Assembly: GCA_043813365.1 (NCBI GenBank)
Contig: JBDRLB010000077.1
Span: 1-14,796, forward strand
DNA from: Candidatus Micrarchaeota archaeon
GTDB lineage: Archaea; Micrarchaeota; Micrarchaeia; Norongarragalinales; SBBD01
Direction: 5' to 3'
Length of the DNA stretch: 14,796 nucleotides
The stretch's first letter is position 1. Every line of letters begins with the position of its first letter. Of the stretch, positions 1 to 5,374 are shown one piece after another. Below the pieces are notes generated by a model. The model made no database searches. It was not told the DNA's origin and worked only from the letters and a program-made list of their open reading frames with translations. The position numbers and the translations under genes are program-made.

Positions 1-35
1 TTGATTTTTTCATCAAAAATGACTTGGAATGTCAT
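1..35 (-). CDS. 5' fragment of a probable RelE/ParE-family type II toxin (runs off the window edge)
   Basis: Reverse strand reads ATG ACA TTC CAA GTC ATT TTT GAT GAA AAA ATC (MTFQVIFDEKI). Its ATG (35-33) overlaps the antitoxin TGA (34-32) in an ATGA arrangement. The N-terminus resembles the first beta-strand of RelE/ParE toxins. Only 11 codons are visible. Confidence 0.55.
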   Translation of the reverse strand, partial: MTFQVIFDEKI

Positions 36-316
36 TTAAGGTCACTTCTTTTGATTCCCGCCTCCTTCAATACCTCATCGAGCGTAACCGTCCTGCGCTT
101 CCCTGCCTTGATTTCCGCATCTATTTTCATCATTTTTTTGACGGCAAGCTCATCAATGATTTCATCGTGCGTTTTTACCCCCCCATATTCCTTTCCAAGC
201 ATCAGCACCCCCGCACGGAACACTTCCGCTTTCGTTTTGAAATACCCCATGTCAATCAGCCCATCAACGATCCTTGCCAAAGCACCATCCATCCTCACGA
301 CCATCTCCACAACCAT
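32..316 (-). CDS. Ribbon-helix-helix (CopG/Arc/MetJ, ParD-like) antitoxin
   Basis: VVRMDGALARIVDGLIDMGYFKTKAEVFRAGV matches the RHH pattern (strand, helix, G-x-F-x-[ST]-x-[AS]-E-x-x-R). The C-terminal AGKRRTVTLDEVLKE is typical of RelB/ParD-type antitoxins. Start is uncertain: GTG 319, ATG 316 or ATG 304. Confidence 0.75.
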   Translation of the reverse strand: MVVEMVVRMDGALARIVDGLIDMGYFKTKAEVFRAGVLMLGKEYGGVKTHDEIIDELAVKKMMKIDAEIKAGKRRTVTLDEVLKEAGIKRSDLK

Positions 317-329
317 CACCCACGAATTG

Positions 330-360
330 ATACCAAATTAATACCAAAATGATATTAAAA
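330..360 (-). promoter_or_regulatory. TA operon promoter: TATA-like box with a tandem direct-repeat candidate operator
   Basis: The minus strand has TTTTAATAT (360-352). ATACCAAA occurs at 330-337 and 341-348, an 11-bp period, between the TATA box and the start codon. Confidence 0.5.
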
Positions 361-548
361 AGGCATGTTTTCGTGGTTTTAGCCCTTCCGGAAACTAATA
401 GGATTCGAATTCTAATTAAAGCCTTTTTCGGAGGGTGGGTTCGGGTGCCTACAGTCGACAAAATGCTGCCTTCAAATTTTTTTGCTCGGGTTTATTCCGG
501 GTTTCGCATTAATCCCGATTATTTGTAAGGGATATGTGGAAAGGATAT

Positions 549-1085
549 TTATCTGTTGAGCCGACGTTCACGGAGATTTGCCAATATGTGGTTCACGCTT
601 TCCTCGACGTTCATCTCATGCGTATTTACCGTAATTTCGGGATTTTTTGGCCTTTCATAAGCATCCACGATATCAGCAAAGTTCTTAAGTTCCCCTTTGG
701 ACGCCTTCCCGTATAGCCCTTTGGGATCCCTTTTTCTGCATATTTCAACTGGGCAGTTCACGAATATTTCCACATGCCTAGGCACCATGCCCCGCACAAC
801 GATACGTCCCTCTTCATAAGGAGAAAAGTACGGTGCGATTGCAATGATCCCCCTCGCATTCAATCTCTTGCAAATTTTTCCTCCCCGGATGATGGACGAA
901 ATTCGGTCCTTTTTTTCAAATCCTAGCTCCCTACCGATTTTTGCCCGGATCTCATCGCCGTCCACAACCTGAACCCTTCTGCCCATTTCCTTGAGCTTTA
1001 TTTCTAGTTCCCTTGCAAGGATTGTTTTTCCTGAGCCTGAAATGCCCGTCAGCCATAATGTAAACGGCATCCCTTTTTCGATCAT
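549..1085 (-). CDS. cysC: Adenylyl-sulfate (APS) kinase
   Basis: P-loop WLTGISGSGKT, plus VDGDEIR, LGFEKKDR, FSPY, RDPKGLY and AYERPKNPE motifs of APS kinase. 178 aa. Minus-strand TATTAAATA (1115-1107) lies about 22 nt upstream of the ATG, suggesting a leaderless mRNA. Confidence 0.93.
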   Translation of the reverse strand: MIEKGMPFTLWLTGISGSGKTILARELEIKLKEMGRRVQVVDGDEIRAKIGRELGFEKKDRISSIIRGGKICKRLNARGIIAIAPYFSPYEEGRIVVRGMVPRHVEIFVNCPVEICRKRDPKGLYGKASKGELKNFADIVDAYERPKNPEITVNTHEMNVEESVNHILANLRERRLNR

Positions 1086-1140
1086 AACATTATAGCTTCA
1101 ACAACGTATTTAATATCAGGCGAACCCATCCCCCGTTTCA

Positions 1141-1148
1141 TATATAAA
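1141..1148 (+). promoter_or_regulatory. Probable TATA box of radA
   Basis: TATATAAA in the divergent cysC-radA intergenic region, about 110 nt upstream of the radA ATG. Confidence 0.5.
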
Positions 1149-1258
1149 CCTCCCCTGCGATTCTATTTCATCTGAAAAAAGGTTTTCCCGATCAACCGCA
1201 AAATCGGATATGCCGAAAATGCCTCCATTATGGAAGCTTGTGGCGTTAGGTGGTAGGA

Positions 1259-2272
1259 ATGAAAGAGGAACTTATGCAAGAGATGGAGCCGGAGCTCTCC
1301 GAGCCCAAAATGAAGGAGAAGAAGGGGAAGAAAATCACCTCCATTGAGGACATCCCCGGTGTTGGCGGCACAATCGCCTCGAAATTGAAGGATGCGGGCT
1401 ACGATACGCTTATGACGCTCGCAGTTTCCATGCCAGTTGAGTTGGCGGAAGTTGCAGGAATCGGCGAGGGCACTGCGATAAAAGTAATTAATGCCGCACG
1501 CGAAGCGCTCGACATGGGCTTCGAAACCGGCGACAAAGTCCTTGAAAGAAGGAAAATAATCTCCAAAATCACAACTGGCTCTAAGGAGCTCGACAATTTG
1601 ATAGGCGGCGGAATTGAAACGCAGGCAATAACTGAAGCATTCGGAAAATTCGGCTCCGGCAAATCGCAGCTCGCATTCCAGCTCTGCGTGAACACCCAGC
1701 TTCCGATTGAACAAGGTGGCCAAGGGGGAGGTGTTTTATTCATCGACTCGGAAAACACTTTCAGGCCGGAAAGGATTGCGCAGATTGCAGCTTCAAGAGG
1801 ACTTGACCCGGATGCAATCCTGAAAAACATCCATATTGCACGCTCTCAAAACTCCGACCACCAGATGCTCCTCGCTGACAAAGCAGGGGACACAATCAAG
1901 GAGCACAACATCAAGCTGATAATCGTGGACTCCCTCACATCCGCCTTCAGGAGCGATTATGTCGGAAGGGGGCAGCTTGCGGATAGGCAGCAAAAGCTCA
2001 ACAAGCACCTCCACACTCTTCAAAAACTGGCCGACATGTACAACGTTGCGGTTTACGTAACAAATCAGGTGATGGACAGGCCCGACATTTTATTCGGCGA
2101 CCCCACGGCGCCTATCGGAGGCAACGTTCTGGCACACCAGAGCACTTACAGGCTGTATTTCCGGAGGAGCAAGGAGGACCGGAGGGTTGCGAAAATAGTG
2201 GACTCCCCCAACATGCCTGATGGGGAATGCGTTTTCAGAGTTACGGAAAAAGGACTAGAAGACGCCGAGTGA
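1259..2272 (+). CDS. radA: DNA repair and recombination protein RadA (archaeal Rad51 homolog)
   Basis: N-terminal HhH domain ([15 protein letters not shown]), polymerisation motif FETG, Walker [22 protein letters not shown], Walker [33 protein letters not shown] and IVDSP. No intein. SD AGGTGG at 1248-1253 favours ATG 1259 over GTG 1250. Confidence 0.98.
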   Translation: MKEELMQEMEPELSEPKMKEKKGKKITSIEDIPGVGGTIASKLKDAGYDTLMTLAVSMPVELAEVAGIGEGTAIKVINAAREALDMGFETGDKVLERRKIISKITTGSKELDNLIGGGIETQAITEAFGKFGSGKSQLAFQLCVNTQLPIEQGGQGGGVLFIDSENTFRPERIAQIAASRGLDPDAILKNIHIARSQNSDHQMLLADKAGDTIKEHNIKLIIVDSLTSAFRSDYVGRGQLADRQQKLNKHLHTLQKLADMYNVAVYVTNQVMDRPDILFGDPTAPIGGNVLAHQSTYRLYFRRSKEDRRVAKIVDSPNMPDGECVFRVTEKGLEDAE

Positions 2273-2329
2273 GATTTTTATTACTTTTTTTCTTTTCATG
2301 GTCGTGGAGGGGCAAAATAGGTGATGGAA

Positions 2330-2704
2330 ATGGAATATGAGGAAAATGCCTCCGTGATGGAGGAAGAAACAAAGGAAGGCCGCCCCAAAACCGCTCCCAA
2401 AAGGAGGCCGATCAAGGGGCTGAAACTGAATTTCCCTTATTCGCAGGCGAACATCGACCTCGCGCTTTGGGAAAGCAGGATGAGCGAAAAAGGGAAACTG
2501 ATGCCCTCGAGCATCTCCTTGCGCTTGCAGGATGCGGATCCAAGTGTGACTAGAAACGCAATCTATTTCAAGGCGGCTGATGCACTGAAAATCGCGAACA
2601 TACTGCAGAATTTCGCTTACTCGGCGATGCAGGAGGATCAGGATAAGCGGTTTGAATTCTCAAAAATTCGGAAAGGCGCACCGGAGCCGATAAAGGCCAT
2701 CTGA
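2330..2704 (+). CDS. Hypothetical protein, possible PC4-like (beta4-alpha) ssDNA-binding fold
   Basis: SD AGGTGA at 2319-2324 precedes ATG 2330. A charged, probably disordered N-terminus is followed by strand-like segments LKLNF, IDLALWE, SISLRL and AIYF, then an amphipathic helix AADALKIANILQNFAYSAM. Same strand as radA, 57 nt downstream. The fold is inferred only. Confidence 0.7.
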   Translation: MEYEENASVMEEETKEGRPKTAPKRRPIKGLKLNFPYSQANIDLALWESRMSEKGKLMPSSISLRLQDADPSVTRNAIYFKAADALKIANILQNFAYSAMQEDQDKRFEFSKIRKGAPEPIKAI

Positions 2705-2711
2705 CCTCGAT

Positions 2712-3164
2712 TTACCATTTGTAGATTTTCCTTATCGCCTCCTCCAGCATTATCTCGAGCAGCATCGCCTCGTCATCGCTCAGATTTATTTGCATTGCAT
2801 TTACCTGCCCATCCTTGCTCTGCGAGGATAGTTTGAATAAATACCCGAAATCCCCTTTAGTGACCACGAGCGCATTGTTTTTCGTGTCAGCCGAGGAAGC
2901 GTACTCCCCCTTATTCGGGTCATGGAACAGGTTTGCCATCTTGGAACGTCCCTTCAAGACCAATAATATTTTGCTAATATCCACATCAGCCAATTTGAAG
3001 CTCAGCTTGCTCCCCCAATCAAAAGCGCGCTCCTCCTTCTGCCTTGCAATTTCAAAGAAGATGCTCTCCTTCTCAACCGCAAAGTCGAACTGGCACGCGC
3101 TTCCCTGCATCGCCTTGTTCGGCTTGTAGAATTTCAGCTGGTTCCTGTATCTCTGCTGTTCCAT
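2712..3164 (-). CDS. Whirly-like single-stranded nucleic acid-binding protein
   Basis: 150 aa from ATG 3164, with SD GGTGA at 3173-3169 containing the nth stop codon. Motifs FYK, IFFEIA, FDWGSKLSFKL, FHDPNKG, GYLFKLS, INLSDDEAMLL and a terminal W match the order of plant WHY domain motifs as I recall them. Confidence 0.8.
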   Translation of the reverse strand: MEQQRYRNQLKFYKPNKAMQGSACQFDFAVEKESIFFEIARQKEERAFDWGSKLSFKLADVDISKILLVLKGRSKMANLFHDPNKGEYASSADTKNNALVVTKGDFGYLFKLSSQSKDGQVNAMQINLSDDEAMLLEIMLEEAIRKIYKW

Positions 3165-3168
3165 AAAA

Positions 3169-3843
3169 TCACCCTCGCTTTCCCACACCTATCTTCTTGC
3201 ACATCCCATTTAATACGCATTCCGAACACAGCGGTTTTTGCGCTTTGCAGATTTTCCTTCCGAGCATAATGACCTGGACGTGCAAAGGAATTTTCAATTT
3301 GTCCGGAACCGCCTCCTCCATGAATTCATGCGCCTTCCCATAGCTCATTTTTTCCGGTATCAGCGGGATCCTTTTTATCACGCGGAAAATATGCGTATCT
3401 ATAGGGAACGCCGGCTTCCCGAAAGCGAACGCGACAATTACCGCTGCGCTCTTCGGCCCGATCCCATCGAACTGCATCAAATAATTGCGTGCATCAGCGG
3501 GGGAATAATCGGAAAGGAAATCCAAATCCAATTTGCCTGTTTTTTCCTTTATTTGCCTCAAAACGGTCCTGATCCGTTTCGCCTTGATATTTGCGAGGCC
3601 ACCTTCCTTGATCGCTTTTGCGATTTCACGTTCAGGCGAATTTAGCAATTCATCCCAATTTTTAAACCGCCTTTTCAATTTTCTGAACGCCTTCCCCGAA
3701 TTCACATCATTGGTGTTCTGCGAAAGTATCACGTTCACCAACGCATCAATCGAAGGCAATTTCCAGGGCTTTTCCGAACCGTATTCCTTATCCAGCAACC
3801 TATTGATCCGGATTATTTTTGCCCGTAATATTTTCCCTTCCAT
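3169..3843 (-). CDS. nth: Endonuclease III (HhH-GPD DNA glycosylase/AP lyase with 4Fe-4S cluster)
   Basis: ILSQNTND, GGLANIKAKRI, HhH FDGIGPKSA with the catalytic Lys, FPIDTHIFRV with the catalytic Asp, and CKAQKPLCSECVLNGMC (C-x6-C-x2-C-x5-C). Confidence 0.93.
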   Translation of the reverse strand: MEGKILRAKIIRINRLLDKEYGSEKPWKLPSIDALVNVILSQNTNDVNSGKAFRKLKRRFKNWDELLNSPEREIAKAIKEGGLANIKAKRIRTVLRQIKEKTGKLDLDFLSDYSPADARNYLMQFDGIGPKSAAVIVAFAFGKPAFPIDTHIFRVIKRIPLIPEKMSYGKAHEFMEEAVPDKLKIPLHVQVIMLGRKICKAQKPLCSECVLNGMCKKIGVGKRG

Positions 3844-3896
3844 TATCCCACCAAAATCGTCCGTCCCCCCCCGCCATCAACCCCGGTTCCCGCCCT

Positions 3897-4865
3897 TCAG
3901 CCAATCTGCTCCCTTACTTCCGCCATCAGCCTGTCAGCTGCGGAAATCGCATCCAGCCCGTGCAGGAAGTTTGCGCCTCCCACCATCTCGTGCCCACCGC
4001 CGCTCCCGTGGAACCGTTTTGCCGCAGCGTCTATCTCCTTCCCCACGTTGAATTTCCCAAGTTCCATTGCCCTTCCCTTCACAGCTGAAATTTTCCCTTC
4101 CTTTTGGTTGGCAACAACAGCAAAATCGCATCCTAAACCTATGAGAGCGGAGGCGCATTTCAGCTCAAAAGCAGAAACCTGCGTTGATGCTATCAGCAAT
4201 TCCCCGATCCTCTCGTACTGCGCCCTCTTCACCGCCTCCATCACTGCAATTTTTTCCGCAGCGTCTTCCCTTACCTCCAGCAATTGGTAAATCTCCTGCA
4301 GATCCATGGTGCTTCCTTTCAGGCATTCGCCCAGCGCTTCTATGGCGGAATTATTTGCGCTTTTCAGGTCGGCCGTATCGGAAACAATTCCGAGGGCAAT
4401 CAATATCGCATCCCCATCCTCGACTTTCCTCCCCATTGCGCCGAAAAGCCCGAAAACTATTTCGCTGCAGGAAGTTTTTTTCGGGTCGCAATAAATTTCT
4501 CCCTTCATTGGGTGATTATGCAAGTGGTGGTCGATGGCGATGATTTTCCCCTTGAACTTTCCGAATTCGTTGTGCAAGTTCCCAAGCAGTGCCGGAGTGC
4601 TCACATCCATGAAAATCAAATTATCATACTTTTCCAATTCCCCCTCCCCGAAAGCATCCAGGTTCAAATTGAGCCTTCCCCATACTTTCCGTGCCTGGGA
4701 GTTTACGGAGTCAATTCTGCGGACCTCCGCGCCTTTTACCAGATGCTGCAATGCGAATGCGCTCGCTACCGCATCCACGTCGCCTATTGAATGGAACGTA
4801 ATTGCCGTATTTCCTTTCAGGGATTTCAACTCCTTTACCAAATCATTAAAAGTCAGCGATCCCAT
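3897..4865 (-). CDS. DHH/DHHA1 family phosphoesterase (NrnA-like)
   Basis: TFHSIGDVDAVAS (H...DxD), FMDVS, IDHH, GIVSDT and C-terminal GGGH motifs. Start set at ATG 4865 (MGSLTF) because minus-strand TTTTATA (4895-4889) lies about 24 nt upstream and the longer ORF would overlap the JAB gene. Confidence 0.9.
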   Translation of the reverse strand: MGSLTFNDLVKELKSLKGNTAITFHSIGDVDAVASAFALQHLVKGAEVRRIDSVNSQARKVWGRLNLNLDAFGEGELEKYDNLIFMDVSTPALLGNLHNEFGKFKGKIIAIDHHLHNHPMKGEIYCDPKKTSCSEIVFGLFGAMGRKVEDGDAILIALGIVSDTADLKSANNSAIEALGECLKGSTMDLQEIYQLLEVREDAAEKIAVMEAVKRAQYERIGELLIASTQVSAFELKCASALIGLGCDFAVVANQKEGKISAVKGRAMELGKFNVGKEIDAAAKRFHGSGGGHEMVGGANFLHGLDAISAADRLMAEVREQIG

Positions 4866-4908
4866 AATTATCGAACGTCTTCCCCGAATATAAAACGGAC
4901 GGATCAAC

Positions 4909-5280
4909 ATGGAAATTCTGATATCCCTGAACGCGCTTGAAAGCGCCCTATATGCAGCCAAGAGCACGCACCCGCACGAATTCGTTGGCCTTTTCCGGGA
5001 GAAAAACGGAATTCTTTGCGAGCTCCTTGTTGCGCCATTGACCATTTCAGATGAGAGTTCTGCCACTTTCCCGGTTTATGCGATTCCCACGGATCCCACA
5101 ATAGTCGCTACCTACCATTCCCATCCGAGCATGGGCACGCCCCGTCCCTCGAGGGCGGACCTTAACCTCTTTTCAAGGCATTACCGCATCCATTTCATTT
5201 CCTCCTATCCTCACACTACCCAAACCACCCGTGCGTTCTCCAACCTGGGGGAGCCGCTCAGTTTTACCATTGTTGACTGA
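4909..5280 (+). CDS. JAB/MPN+ (JAMM, Mov34) domain metalloprotein
   Basis: Conserved Glu (HPHEFVG) and HSHP-x6-PSRAD zinc-binding motif. 123 aa. Divergent from the DHH gene with a 43-nt gap. Confidence 0.9.
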   Translation: MEILISLNALESALYAAKSTHPHEFVGLFREKNGILCELLVAPLTISDESSATFPVYAIPTDPTIVATYHSHPSMGTPRPSRADLNLFSRHYRIHFISSYPHTTQTTRAFSNLGEPLSFTIVD

Positions 5281-5374
5281 TAATCAACAAAAAACCCTTT
5301 TAATGGAGAGGTTTTTATACCTCCATAAATTATCCCTAAGTGGGTAGCGTTATCCCTTTCATGGTTGCATTATT

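Noticed and set aside
1163..2023. Antisense ORFs over radA, and similar shadow ORFs over nth, DHH, GT4 and the surface protein
   Set aside because: They are opposite-strand or off-frame shadows of well-supported genes with no recognisable motifs.
1259..2272. Intein in RadA
   Set aside because: The protein is of normal length and contiguous through the Walker A region.
3165..3188. GTG start giving a 158-aa Whirly-like protein
   Set aside because: It overlaps nth, and the GGTGA SD points to ATG 3164.
4866..5066. N-terminal 67 aa of the 389-aa DHH ORF
   Set aside because: Antisense to the JAB gene. DHH homology and a TATA-like box support the start at 4865.
4909..5280. JAB gene as part of a CBASS or ubiquitin-like defence system, or as RadC
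   Set aside because: No cyclase, E1/E2 or ubiquitin-like gene is nearby. The HSHP...PSxxD form fits the common stand-alone archaeal JAMM family.
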